DNA of 63,711 nucleotides, the filler included, from an uncultured bacterium (GTDB lineage Bacteria > Hinthialibacterota > Hinthialibacteria > Hinthialibacterales > Hinthialibacteraceae), in assembly GCA_964449065.1 (NCBI GenBank). It is 9 parts of 9 records of this genome, joined end to end, with 100 filler letters (N's around TTAATTAATTAA, not from the genome) between each part and the next. Parts side by side here need not be neighbours in the genome. Positions count along the whole stretch, not along the records: positions 21,516 to 28,552 come from CAYVAZ010000277.1; positions 28,653 to 35,689 come from CAYVAZ010000278.1; 7 more parts are not named here. One strand, given 5' to 3'. The notes under the pieces were generated by a model. It did not search any database, was not told the origin of the DNA, and saw only the letters and a list, made by a program, of their open reading frames with translations. The translations under genes were made by a program, and so were the position numbers. Below, in pieces: positions 21,648 to 31,917 of the stretch; position 1 is the stretch's first letter, and each line of letters starts with the position of its first letter.

Positions 21648-22637
21648 TTATCTTCGCGGCACACACATCAACTCTTCCAGCATATTCTCTAACTCCTGCT
21701 TGGAATCCGTTTGCAATTGCAGCAACACATGATTTTCCGCTTCCCCATCCCGCCATTCATTGGTTCCATTGTCAAAGATATGATTCTTCCCTTCTTGATG
21801 CAGCTTCCAAAATTCCAATTCAGGGCGTACCGAATACAACACCGCTATCGGGTCCCAACTGGGACGCGCCGGTTTGTCACCAAGATACAGTTCATAAGCC
21901 ACCCGCGCCGGATTTTCTTCTTCCAATTCCCGCAAACATTCCCCTGTTAGGATATCGTTCCCCAAGCCTGTGAATACAATCTGTCCCGTCCACTGAGTTG
22001 CTGCAATGACCGAGGCTTCCGGATCCGGCTTAAAGTTTCCATACACTTTCGGATCAAGATGCTGGGGATACCGGCCACCCATACACACCCATACCTTCAC
22101 TTTTTGCTCAATCAGTTCCCTGCCGCTCATCGGACTGATTCCATCCGGCTCACTCTCCAACAAATACCGGAGATTCGTCAAATACCCCACCGAACAGATC
22201 ACCACACTCTTATCAGGACTCTCCGAAAGGATTCGGCGGTATACATCCACCGCGTCAGCCGCATCCTCGTTGGTTTGGAGCGTAGTCTCATACCGTTCCG
22301 CAATCTGCTTGGCATAACGCGAACCGCGGTTGGTACTCGCTCCCGGCAGCTTCGGCACACCAATCGGCAAGTCAGGACGCCCGTAATACCGGTTGACCGC
22401 CTCCACACACGGCGCCGAAAACGGATAATGCGCACTCACAACCGTGGCCAATATCTCACACTCACCCAAATCCGCTAAGTTGTGCAACATGGCAAGCGCC
22501 CCAGCATCATCGCAATCGGTATCCATATCGGTATCAAAAATAATTCTGACCGGTTCCGCTGTTATTGTGACTTTTGATTGACTGATACCAACAATTAAAA
22601 TCCATAAAACCATTGTACATTTCAAGATATTTTTCAT
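21648..22637 (-). CDS. Inosine-uridine preferring nucleoside hydrolase family, secreted
   Basis: IIFDTDMDTDCDDAGAL, GYLTNL, CMGG, SWDP. Confidence 0.85.
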   Translation of the reverse strand: MKNILKCTMVLWILIVGISQSKVTITAEPVRIIFDTDMDTDCDDAGALAMLHNLADLGECEILATVVSAHYPFSAPCVEAVNRYYGRPDLPIGVPKLPGASTNRGSRYAKQIAERYETTLQTNEDAADAVDVYRRILSESPDKSVVICSVGYLTNLRYLLESEPDGISPMSGRELIEQKVKVWVCMGGRYPQHLDPKVYGNFKPDPEASVIAATQWTGQIVFTGLGNDILTGECLRELEEENPARVAYELYLGDKPARPSWDPIAVLYSVRPELEFWKLHQEGKNHIFDNGTNEWRDGEAENHVLLQLQTDSKQELENMLEELMCVPRR

Positions 22638-22654
22638 AGCGGTTTCCTCAATTA

Positions 22655-23524
22655 TTACGTCCACTCAAACGGTTCAAACTGAATCGTGATATCCGTCAAT
22701 TGGCAGGGATAATCTTCCAAACAAGGATAATTGGGTTCCATATCGTTCAACGCTTCAATTCGGTCATACCATTCCGAATCGGTTAATCCTTCCAGCCACA
22801 GCTGCCAATTTTTCTGCGGCAGCGCGCTCACAATCGTGCCGCTTGGCAAATGGCGTGAAAGATACGCGTAAAACACTTCCCTGCCCTCCGCGAATACACC
22901 GGATTTCGTGGTAAACGGACACTTCAATGTCACTTCGATAAAACTCCCATCCATTTCCGGAATCGCTTCTTTGCTGTGCAGCAAAATGCCCCCCGCGGTA
23001 TGGTTTTCCGGCGATTTATACATATACGCTCTCGATTTGGGATACCGCTCGCGAAAATCCCGGATGAGTTTTGACATATAAACCGTATCCTGCGCTTTAC
23101 AGGTCTCCTCCATCGAGAACAATCGCGGCTTGGCGGCTTCCTCCACCGGCATTACCCGGTAAAGTAACAACGGCAAAAACAGCAATGGAATCATAAAACC
23201 AAATCCCACATAAACAGGAAGCCATAGCCAATTGAGAAGAGAAACCACAATCCCAGTGCATACCGCCACCGTCCAAGGCAGCCATTCCATTGGTTCCGCC
23301 TCGGAAGAACGGGCCGAAACCACATTCAAAACGTTCACAACGTTACCGGTAAAAAAGGTGAGGATGACAATGGAATTCGCATTAATTACATATTCAAACC
23401 AACGCTGATGGTCAGTTAAAGCGAGCCATTCCGCCAGGCCCAGCGTTAACACCAGATAAGCAATACCGGTTGATAAAAGCAAACAAACCATTATTTTGCG
23501 CTCGGAAGCAATATGCCTTTGCAC
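22655..23524 (-). CDS. Hypothetical membrane protein (about 4 TM plus soluble domain)
   Basis: Hydrophobic N-half; similar to the 38987 ORF. Confidence 0.6.
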   Translation of the reverse strand: MQRHIASERKIMVCLLLSTGIAYLVLTLGLAEWLALTDHQRWFEYVINANSIVILTFFTGNVVNVLNVVSARSSEAEPMEWLPWTVAVCTGIVVSLLNWLWLPVYVGFGFMIPLLFLPLLLYRVMPVEEAAKPRLFSMEETCKAQDTVYMSKLIRDFRERYPKSRAYMYKSPENHTAGGILLHSKEAIPEMDGSFIEVTLKCPFTTKSGVFAEGREVFYAYLSRHLPSGTIVSALPQKNWQLWLEGLTDSEWYDRIEALNDMEPNYPCLEDYPCQLTDITIQFEPFEWT

Positions 23525-24771
23525 CGTCTATGAGGGAGTAAAAACTTGTCAAACACATTGACCACATCATCCAAACGAATGGCCTCTAAGTATTGCAAAT
23601 AATTCACCGCTTCGTCAATGCTCGAAACCGTATGGCCATACCCGAATATATTCGCGATCGAAATTGCCTTCTCATTGCTGAACGAAAAATCGGCCCGCTC
23701 TATACTCTTCGCGCGATGCAGTTCGTCTTCACAGACACGGTCCCGCAGCTTCTTGAATTCGTTCTCAATTTCGTCTTCAACCTGCGGCAGTTTATCGCTG
23801 TTGGTCACCGCTTCAATGATAAACAATCCGGCGTGTTTCAGACGAACATAACTGCATCCGATGGATGAAACAATCCCAAGATCATCGTTCAACCGGCGGT
23901 ATAAGCGCGACGCCCTGCCATCCCCTAAGATGATAGACAAACAACTCAACGCCATCGTTTCTGAAACAATCGCGGGCGCTTCTGTCGGATATCCGATCAG
24001 CAAATAACTCTGGTTGACATCCCTTCGTATCGTAACCTCAGCAGAGGTATCCAGTACATTCCATTCTTGGGTATCCAAATGAATCGGTTCGTTTTTTTCT
24101 TGCTTTACACCATCTACCAACCGGTTGATTTCATCCCGTATTTCTTGCGCGGATACATCGCCCGCCGTGCTGATGGTGATATTGTCCAATGCGTATTGCC
24201 GTTTGTAATAATCAACAAACGTGTCTCTGGTGATCGTATGCAGCGATTCTTCTGTACCCAAAACCTTTCGCTGATAGCGGTTTTTCGAAAAGACAGTTTG
24301 TGTAAATTCATCGTAACTCTTTGACCACGGATTGTCTTCATGCCGTTTGATTTCTTCAACGATCACTGACCGCTCCCGTTCAATTTCGTCCGGCTCAAAC
24401 AATGGATTCAGCAGCGAATCCATCAACACATCCATCGCCTTCCGCCATCCGAAGGTAGGAAGAACAACGTAATAATGAGTATAATCCAAAGAGGTTGCAG
24501 CGTTGTTATATCCTCCCAATGAGGTGATCATGCGATCCATTTCCCCGGTTTGGTGCCGCTTTGTCCCCTTAAAAAACATGTGCTCATAAAAGTGAGACAA
24601 TCCATAATGCGGCGCCGGATCATGAATCGCGCCGGTACGAATCCAGATATCAATGGCAACAATCGGTGCCGTCCGAATTTCTTTATGGATCGACGTCAAT
24701 CCGCACGGCAGTGTTTCGATGGTATATGGAAGTAATGGGTTTCCGTTTTCTTGATTCAATGTCTCTCTCAA
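23491..24771 (-). CDS. M16 (pitrilysin) family metallopeptidase
   Basis: Inverted zinc motif HFYEH, FKGT, NAATS.DYT, SRLY. Confidence 0.92.
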   Translation of the reverse strand: MRETLNQENGNPLLPYTIETLPCGLTSIHKEIRTAPIVAIDIWIRTGAIHDPAPHYGLSHFYEHMFFKGTKRHQTGEMDRMITSLGGYNNAATSLDYTHYYVVLPTFGWRKAMDVLMDSLLNPLFEPDEIERERSVIVEEIKRHEDNPWSKSYDEFTQTVFSKNRYQRKVLGTEESLHTITRDTFVDYYKRQYALDNITISTAGDVSAQEIRDEINRLVDGVKQEKNEPIHLDTQEWNVLDTSAEVTIRRDVNQSYLLIGYPTEAPAIVSETMALSCLSIILGDGRASRLYRRLNDDLGIVSSIGCSYVRLKHAGLFIIEAVTNSDKLPQVEDEIENEFKKLRDRVCEDELHRAKSIERADFSFSNEKAISIANIFGYGHTVSSIDEAVNYLQYLEAIRLDDVVNVFDKFLLPHRRCKGILLPSAK

Positions 24772-24783
24772 TCCACATTCTAT

Positions 24784-24889
24784 TAGAACAATTCAGATTT
24801 GCGTGGACGTTTTGTAGGGGCACATTGCAATGTGCCCCTACGGTATGTGCAATACCAATTCTCTGTCTATCCAACCTTAAATTGCTCTA
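24784..24889. mobile_element. MITE family A copy
   Basis: 106 bp TA-to-TA; reverse orientation relative to the 6278 copy. Confidence 0.85.
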
Positions 24890-24996
24890 GTAGTCTGTCA
24901 ATCAAAAAATGACGGCTTGCTATCCGTTGTTTCCCCCCTTGTTAAGGGGGGCTAGGGGGGATCGATACCCGTCATTTAATCGTTGACACTGTACTA
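24888..24996. mobile_element. MITE family B (TIR TAGTAxxxTGTCAA) with CCCCCCTT..AAGGGGGG palindrome
   Basis: Shares its TA with the family A copy; other copies at 35877-35984 and 61784-61885, partial at 61742 and ~7008. Confidence 0.8.
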
Positions 24997-25039
24997 GTAA
25001 CTGATTTTATTCATTTAATAATATTATAACGTTATAATA

Positions 25040-25768
25040 TTATTTATTTGCTCCGGTTTTGGCAATCAAACTTCCCGCTTCATGCAGCGATTCTCTCGTC
25101 TCACCGCAATCCGCCCACCAGCCTTCTAATATATTAAAGGTTAGTGATTCTTCTTGTAAATAAAAGTTATTCACGTCGGTAATTTCCAACTCTCCACGCG
25201 AAGACGGCTTTAAATTGTGGATGATTTCAAATACCCGTTGATCATACATATATATCCCAACCACCGCATACTGAGATGCCGGTTCTTTGGGCTTTTCGGT
25301 TATCGTTACGATCTTGTCATTCTCAATGGTCGGCACACCATAAAATTCCGGATGATCCACTTCCTTCAAAAGGATCTTTGCCCCCTTCTCTTGCTTTCGA
25401 AATTCATCCACATAAGAGACAATACTTTTTTCGGTGATATTGTCTCCCAATATCACAACCACACGGTCTCCAGCTACAAAATCCTCGGTCAAAGCCAAGG
25501 CCTGCGCGATCCCACCCGGTTCACGCTGATAGGTATAATGCAGGCGTTTAATCCCGAATTCTTTGCCATCTCCCAGCAACGGCAAAAAATCCCCCGCGTG
25601 ATTCCCCCCGGTAATCACCATGATTTCATCGATGCCCGCCTGCGCCAATGTTTCTATCGGATAAAATATCATCGGACGGTCATACACGGGCAATAAATGC
25701 TTATTCGTCACCCTTGTCATGGGCTGCAAACGGGTTCCCAACCCGCCGGCCGTAATTACACCTTTCAT
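25040..25768 (-). CDS. rfbA: Glucose-1-phosphate thymidylyltransferase (short SpsI/RfbA-like)
   Basis: GGLGTRL, NKHLLPVYD, ILGDN, EKP, RGELEITD. Confidence 0.85.
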   Translation of the reverse strand: MKGVITAGGLGTRLQPMTRVTNKHLLPVYDRPMIFYPIETLAQAGIDEIMVITGGNHAGDFLPLLGDGKEFGIKRLHYTYQREPGGIAQALALTEDFVAGDRVVVILGDNITEKSIVSYVDEFRKQEKGAKILLKEVDHPEFYGVPTIENDKIVTITEKPKEPASQYAVVGIYMYDQRVFEIIHNLKPSSRGELEITDVNNFYLQEESLTFNILEGWWADCGETRESLHEAGSLIAKTGANK

Positions 25769-25800
25769 TCACTTCCCCTTCTCATGTCAACAACAAATAA

Positions 25801-26826
25801 TTAGGCATCGGCTTTTGACAGCCGCTCGCCGTATTGCTTTTGATAATAGTCTTTAAAGTTGCCGCGCTTCAATTTTTGCCACCATTTTTTGTTTTTCTTA
25901 TACCAAGCCACGGTTTTGGCCAACCCTTCTTCCAAATCCACTTCCGGCTGCCAACCCAAGTCGTTCAACTTGCTGCAATCCACCGCATAGCGGATATCAT
26001 GCCCCGGGCGGTCTTCCACAAACTTGATTAACTCTTCCGGCTTTTTCAGCTGCTTCACGATTTCTTTTGCGATGTCTATGTTATAGGCTTCGCGATACCC
26101 GCCCACGTTATAAATTTCTCCGGCCGTGCCCTTCCGTAAAACCGTATCGATTGCCCGGCAGTGGTCATCGACATACAGCCACTCCCGCACTTGCTTGCCG
26201 TCGCCATACAGGGGCAATGGCTGGTTCTCTATCGCGTTGGTGATAAAAAGCGGGATAAACTTTTCCGGGTATTGATACCGGCCGTAATTGTTGGCCGCGC
26301 GCGTAATCACAACATCCAACCCGTAGGTTGTAAAGTAGGCGAGTGTCAGCATATCCCCGCCGCTCTTGCTCGCCGAATAGGGAGAAGACGGCTTGAGCGG
26401 ATAACTTTCTTTGGCCTGGCCTTGTTTGATGGGACCGTATACCTCATCCGTACTGATTTGCACGAACCGCTTCACCCCATGATGGCGGGCGGCCTCCAAC
26501 AACGCGAACGGCCCGAAAATATCCGTCTTTAAGAAATCATCCGGCTTATTGATGGAACGGTCTACATGCGTTTCCGCGGCAAAATTGATAATGGCATCAA
26601 ATTTCTTCTCCGCGGCCAAACTCATCACCAATTGCCGGTCCGCGATATCTCCCTGAAAAAAACTGTAGCGTGAATCGCCTGCTACCGATTTGAGATTGTC
26701 TAAGTTTCCTGCATACGTTAGTTTATCTAAATTGACAATTTGAATGTCCGAATAGGTCTCTAGCATATAAAAAATATAGTTGGAGCCGATAAATCCCGCT
26801 CCACCGGTCACTAATAGGCGGTTCAT
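25801..26826 (-). CDS. rfbB: dTDP-glucose 4,6-dehydratase
   Basis: TGGAGFIG, DKLTYAGN, HVDRSI, STDEVYG, YSASK, DRPGHD. Confidence 0.95.
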   Translation of the reverse strand: MNRLLVTGGAGFIGSNYIFYMLETYSDIQIVNLDKLTYAGNLDNLKSVAGDSRYSFFQGDIADRQLVMSLAAEKKFDAIINFAAETHVDRSINKPDDFLKTDIFGPFALLEAARHHGVKRFVQISTDEVYGPIKQGQAKESYPLKPSSPYSASKSGGDMLTLAYFTTYGLDVVITRAANNYGRYQYPEKFIPLFITNAIENQPLPLYGDGKQVREWLYVDDHCRAIDTVLRKGTAGEIYNVGGYREAYNIDIAKEIVKQLKKPEELIKFVEDRPGHDIRYAVDCSKLNDLGWQPEVDLEEGLAKTVAWYKKNKKWWQKLKRGNFKDYYQKQYGERLSKADA

Positions 26827-26970
26827 TTACTCATTTTTCCTAACCGTAAAATGAGCCCGAAGCGCGAAAACACTGCGGGCTTTTGCAAATATGCAAGGAT
26901 TATACCATTCGAGTGGATGCTTGCAAACCGTAAGATGAATAGCCCTATGAAACCAAAATCCTATGAAACG

Positions 26971-26997
26971 AAAAAGCCGCCTCTTCGGCGGCTTTTT
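26971..26997. terminator. Intrinsic terminator hairpin
   Basis: AAAAGCCGCC-TCTTC-GGCGGCTTTTT. Confidence 0.6.
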
Positions 26998-27138
26998 CAA
27001 CAAATTTCTTTTGGGCGAGAAAACGTCTTTTCTCAGCACTAACAATTGCTCAAATTGTAGGCACGATTTGGACAAAAGTAAAGCGTTTTTTTCACTTTTT
27101 TCACTTTTTTTGTCCGTTTTTTTCACGAATTTCTCCTG

Positions 27139-27843
27139 TTAACGGCCTACCGGTTTTACGCCACTAATGACCCACCGGCCCCCTACCAATTCCAATTCAT
27201 AAGTATCTTTTTCTCTCCGCGGCTTCTGATTTCCGATAACGACGGATTTCTCAGCCGTGACATCCGCTTTCTCTTCGCGGATATCGGAAGACTCTATGCC
27301 GTCAAAATTTATCTTCATCCCGCCCAATGAGAGTTGGCTTTGATAAAAACGCTGCCGCGCGTCTTTATAGGTTTCCCGATCCGTTTTTAAAAAGTTCGGA
27401 TCGAAGCAATCGTATTCCGCGCCGAATTTTTGCTGGTTCCAACATTCAATGTAACGCTGTACCACTTCATCCGGTTTAAATCCAATCGTGTGTTTGTAGG
27501 TTGGAAGCGGTTCTAATTCATCCTCTGCCACTTCTCCTTCACCTTGCTCCGCTTTTTGTTGTTTTTTCTTATCTACTGATTCTGTATACAAATCGTCCAA
27601 TTTCTTGCTGCCGATTTTCACGTTTTGCAGCGATTTCACGCGGGCGGTTTCTTGATCCAACTTATCCTGCAACTTATAAATCAAATCCCGCTCTTCATCC
27701 GAAAGAATCGCCGTATTGGCTTTCAGCATTTTATGTAAAGCCTTAGCCTGCTCTTCAGATAAAATCTTTTTCTCTTTATGATTGCCTTGGTCAATTTCAT
27801 AACGGGGTTGTTCTTCTGTTGTTTGGGTCATAATAGCATCCAT
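27139..27843 (-). CDS. Hypothetical protein with a C-terminal NTF2-like domain
   Basis: PDEVVQRYIECWN...YELELVGGRWVI pattern. Confidence 0.55.
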   Translation of the reverse strand: MDAIMTQTTEEQPRYEIDQGNHKEKKILSEEQAKALHKMLKANTAILSDEERDLIYKLQDKLDQETARVKSLQNVKIGSKKLDDLYTESVDKKKQQKAEQGEGEVAEDELEPLPTYKHTIGFKPDEVVQRYIECWNQQKFGAEYDCFDPNFLKTDRETYKDARQRFYQSQLSLGGMKINFDGIESSDIREEKADVTAEKSVVIGNQKPRREKDTYELELVGGRWVISGVKPVGR

Positions 27844-27948
27844 TTCATTCCATGTTTTCCATTTGTATTATCCGTCATTATCTAAACAAATTCTATCAAT
27901 TCAACGGCTTCACATAATTATTTACACTTTGTGACATCCTTGCGATCT

Positions 27949-28552
27949 CTATTTTAAATATAGCCTATTCGCACCCAATTCGGCAACAATTTCCTTGGAA
28001 TTATAATCAAACATAGTAAGAGAATTGATTTCAACATGCGCCTGTTCATCTATGATATCATGTTGCCGCTTTTGAAATAACACCGTAACCAACGATCCCG
28101 GTTCGTCTCTACAGGCTCCCAGTGTTTTCGCGGTTAGTCGAATGTCTCGTAAATGTCCCGGCTGCCGCAAACGGGAAGGCAAAGGGAAATCGGCTTGTAC
28201 GTTCGAATTGGGATACCATACATTTCCTTTCGTCATTCCTAAATACCGCAATTGCCCGGGTGAATATTGCATATCAAAATGAAGCTGATGAATACGGCTC
28301 CCCTCATGCACGGCCAAATCGACACGGGCAACCTCTCCCGGGTGTAGTTTTTGTTTAGTCTGAAGAACAGGGGTGTTATCCCGCACCCAGGCCAAAGAGA
28401 TTTTCGGCTGGGAAGGATAAATCCGAATCGGCAACTCCCCGGTGATTTCAGCGCTCCCCCGTAAATTCAGCGGCGACGCTTCAATAAAATTAAACTCTTT
28501 TAGTTGCAATGTGGTTGTTGCGTTTTCAACCCCTTCATGTACGGCAATTTCG
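27949..28552 (-). CDS. Partial protein with a cohesin-like domain (5' end beyond the contig)
   Basis: FDMQYSPGQL...GSLVTVLF beta-sandwich pattern. Confidence 0.5.
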
Positions 28553-28806
28553 NNNNNNNNNNNNNNNNNNNNNNNNNNNNNNNNNNNNNNNNNNNNTTAA
28601 TTAATTAANNNNNNNNNNNNNNNNNNNNNNNNNNNNNNNNNNNNNNNNNNNNCCCGTCCCTCTCCCGGTGGGCGAGGGCGATAGTTTCAGCGAAAAATTA
28701 GAAAAACGGGCATATCAAAATGTAGTGCGTAACATAAGTTATTAAAAATTGTTCTTGCCGAAGTGTAAAAGCACCATATAATTTTTAACAACTCAGAGCG
28801 GAAGGT

Positions 28807-29031
28807 ATGGAAAACATGCAATCCTTTGCATTCGATTCAGAAATCAAAGATGGCGTAATCAAAGTGCCTAATGAATTGGTATCTCAAATACACAAACCTG
28901 TAAGAGTGGAAGTGCATATAAAAGAAATCAATGACAAGAATAAAACTCAGCGTTTCTCGGAATTTTTATCCCATCAGATTCATGTTGACACGTTGATTAT
29001 TCCTTCCAAAGATAAAATTCATGAGCGGTAA
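28807..29031 (+). CDS. Putative antitoxin
   Basis: IKDGVIKVP; overlaps the PIN gene start. Confidence 0.65.
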   Translation: MENMQSFAFDSEIKDGVIKVPNELVSQIHKPVRVEVHIKEINDKNKTQRFSEFLSHQIHVDTLIIPSKDKIHER

Positions 29032-29350
29032 TGTTTTCATTGATACAAATATTTTTGTTTATGCCAATCTAAAAGCTAATGGGAATTTAGCAAAGAACGA
29101 AAAAGCTAAAGAGTTTTTCAATGGAATATCTGCATCATCAAAGGTATTTATCAGTACACAAGTTCTCAATGAATTTTATAGTGTCTTGCTAAAGAACAGC
29201 ATACAGGATGATATCATTCAGAAGATTTGTAATGCTATAATAAAGGAATGTACGGTTTTACCGGTGACATTTGAAACTGTCCAAAAAGCATGGTTACTTA
29301 ACAGATGTTACGCAATTGATGACGCAAATAATGACGAAAAAAATGATTGA
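29021..29350 (+). pseudogene. PIN/VapC toxin, 3'-truncated
   Basis: FIDTNIFVYA, STQVLNEF; a family D TIR begins at TA 29299, before the conserved D..I/SED motifs. Confidence 0.8.
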
Positions 29351-29889
29351 CTATTGCTTGAAAATGATTTTTGTTATGGGCCAACTATTCCAATACCAAG
29401 TAGCAGTGAAAATGGTATTGATAAATTTCCATACGACTGTAGGGTTGCCCTGCTGTGGGGTAACCACTGGGGGTTACCCCTACAAAATAAAAAATAGAAT
29501 AGCTCATACCGCTTCAATGAAATAATATGCGGTGTGCGGTACCGGCTGGAAGCCGATGCTCCCCGGCTATTCAACTCTGAAACACTCTAGTAGTTCATCA
29601 AGGCTGACATGATGGGTAATAACTTAACCATTCACATGAAATGAGTGAGATCAGTCATTCACAAGCGAAGCGCAGTGCCACAACCCCCTTATGCAAGGGG
29701 GTTTTGGAACGGCGCTCTTGCTTGTGGTGAGGCAGGTTTCCCCTGTTATACCAAGTTGCAATAAGATTGTTGGTTAAAATCGAGGGATCAGAGATGGTCA
29801 TGGTGGGCTACGCTTCGCTTTGAGCACCCTACAGTTTCATTTTAGATCATTTTATAATGAAGGATACACCGTTCTTTGATGGGGAACAA

Positions 29890-30183
29890 ATGAACCAACC
29901 ATTGAATCTGAAAACAACCATTGAATTTTGGAAAGAAGGCGAAATGTGTATCGCCTACTCACCTGAACTGGATATGGTTTCTCAAGGCCATACCATCGAA
30001 GAAGCCCGGCAAAATTTGCTGGAAGTTGTAAGTATTCAATTTGAAGAAATGCAAAATATGGGAACTCTTAATCAATTTTTGAATGATATCGGAGTTCAAT
30101 TTGATAACGGTATCGGTATTTCCCAAAATGATAGAATAGGATTTGATAAGGTATTTCTTCCCCTGCCTGCTTCTTTTCAATAG
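29890..30183 (+). CDS. hicB: HicB-family antitoxin
   Basis: AYSPELDMVSQGHTIEEARQNL. Confidence 0.8.
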   Translation: MNQPLNLKTTIEFWKEGEMCIAYSPELDMVSQGHTIEEARQNLLEVVSIQFEEMQNMGTLNQFLNDIGVQFDNGIGISQNDRIGFDKVFLPLPASFQ

Positions 30184-30188
30184 CAATT

Positions 30189-30243
30189 ATGAAACCGACT
30201 CACTGGAAAACGCAAGTCAAAATCTTCGAAGCTTATGGATGCA
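30189..30243 (+). pseudogene. HicA 5' remnant cut off by a REP/MITE
   Basis: MKPTHWKTQVKIFEAYGC, then the repeat begins. Confidence 0.6.
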
Positions 30244-30591
30244 AGATGGTCATGGTGGGCTACGCTTCGCTTTGAGCCCACCCTACAGGGTTCATCACCC
30301 CGTATGGTTGTACAAAAGATAACTCACTTTTTATATGTAACTAGGTCTGAGGCCTATCGTGATTCCGAAACACAAAGAAGTGACTGTATCTGTAATACGC
30401 AATAATATGAAAACAGTGGGTATGAATGAAGACGAATACAGACATCTATTGAATGAAATTTAATCCGTCGAACCTGTCAATTCATCCAATCAAATATTTG
30501 ATTCCATTTTAACCCATCCATTTTAACCCATCTTGCCATCCCCCCTCTCTTTTCTGTATGATGGAGACATCTCAATTTTAAGGATTACATC

Positions 30592-31917
30592 ATGCAAGAC
30601 CGAAGAACGTTTCTATCCAAAACCGCAGCGGCGTCAGCCCTCAGCACCTTTGCCATTTCAAAAGCCCAGTCTGCCAATGAGACCTTTACGCTGGGTATTA
30701 TGGGGGTGGGAGGGCGCGGCACATGGCTTGCCCGCGCCTTTTCCCGGCTGGATCATGTGAACTTTGCTTATGTATGTGATGTCAATCTTGAACGCGCCGA
30801 GAAATCCGCCTATCAGATTGAAGAAATCACCGGAAAAGCGCCCAAAGCCGTGCAGGATTACCGCGCCATGCTGGATGATCCCCAAGTTGATGCTGTCATC
30901 AATGCGACTCCTGACCATTGGCACGCTCCCGGAACCATATTCGCCTGCCAGGCCGGTAAACACGTTTACACTGAAAAACCCGCATCCCACAATTTATGGG
31001 AAGGCCGTAAGATGGTGGAAGCCGCCCGTAAATACGTCCGTGTTGTCCAATTGGGAACCCAAACCCGCAGCGCTCCCTATGCCAAGCATGGGATTGAATT
31101 TATAGAATCCGGCGATTTGGGGGAGGTTCATCTGGTAAAAATATTCAATGTAAAAACCCGTGGGCAACTCAAACCCAAGCCGAATGAACCCGCTCCATCC
31201 AAACTTGACTACGACGCCTGGCTTGGCCCGGCTCCAAAGCGCCCCTACAACCCCAACCATTACTATGGCGGCACCTGGAACTGGAAGTGGAACTATTCCG
31301 GCGGGGATATCATCAACGACGGTATTCACCAGATTGATCTCGGCCGCTGGGCTTCCATGCGCAAGTCTCCCAAGACTGTTTATTCAACCGGGCATACTTA
31401 TGTTTTAATGGATGATCAAGATTCGCCCGATACCCAGAATGTCATTTTTGAATTCGATGATCTCACCATGACCATCGAAGTGGGTTTGTGGATGCCTTAT
31501 ATGAAGAAAACGCCGCAAGACATCCGCGCTAGTGATGTTTTTCCGGACTGGCGCTTTAATTCAACCCGCGTAGAAGTTTATGGAACCAAAGGCATTATGT
31601 ACTTTGGCAGGCACGGCGGGGGCTGGCAGGTCTTTTTTGAAGACTGGAAGGGCGAACCGTTTGAGTACGGCAAGGATCCCATCTACGATCATATCGACAA
31701 CTTTTTTGAATCGATTCGTTCCAACACGCGCCCCAATGCCGATATCGAAGAAGGCCATCTCTCGACCTCGCTCTGCCATCTTGCCAATATCTCTTACCGT
31801 ACCGGTAGCAAAAAGTTACACTTTGACGCAGTTACGGAAACATTCGACGATGAGGACGCGAATAAATTGTTAAAACGGGAATACCGTTCACCCTATGTGA
31901 TTCGGGAGGATATTTAA
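30592..31917 (+). CDS. Tat-exported Gfo/Idh/MocA oxidoreductase
   Basis: DRRTFL Tat signal, GVGGRG, ATPDHWH, EKP. Confidence 0.9.
   Translation: MQDRRTFLSKTAAASALSTFAISKAQSANETFTLGIMGVGGRGTWLARAFSRLDHVNFAYVCDVNLERAEKSAYQIEEITGKAPKAVQDYRAMLDDPQVDAVINATPDHWHAPGTIFACQAGKHVYTEKPASHNLWEGRKMVEAARKYVRVVQLGTQTRSAPYAKHGIEFIESGDLGEVHLVKIFNVKTRGQLKPKPNEPAPSKLDYDAWLGPAPKRPYNPNHYYGGTWNWKWNYSGGDIINDGIHQIDLGRWASMRKSPKTVYSTGHTYVLMDDQDSPDTQNVIFEFDDLTMTIEVGLWMPYMKKTPQDIRASDVFPDWRFNSTRVEVYGTKGIMYFGRHGGGWQVFFEDWKGEPFEYGKDPIYDHIDNFFESIRSNTRPNADIEEGHLSTSLCHLANISYRTGSKKLHFDAVTETFDDEDANKLLKREYRSPYVIREDI

Noticed and set aside
30504..30533. Short tandem duplication CCATTTTAACCCAT x2
   Set aside because: Only two copies; most likely replication slippage with no supportable function.
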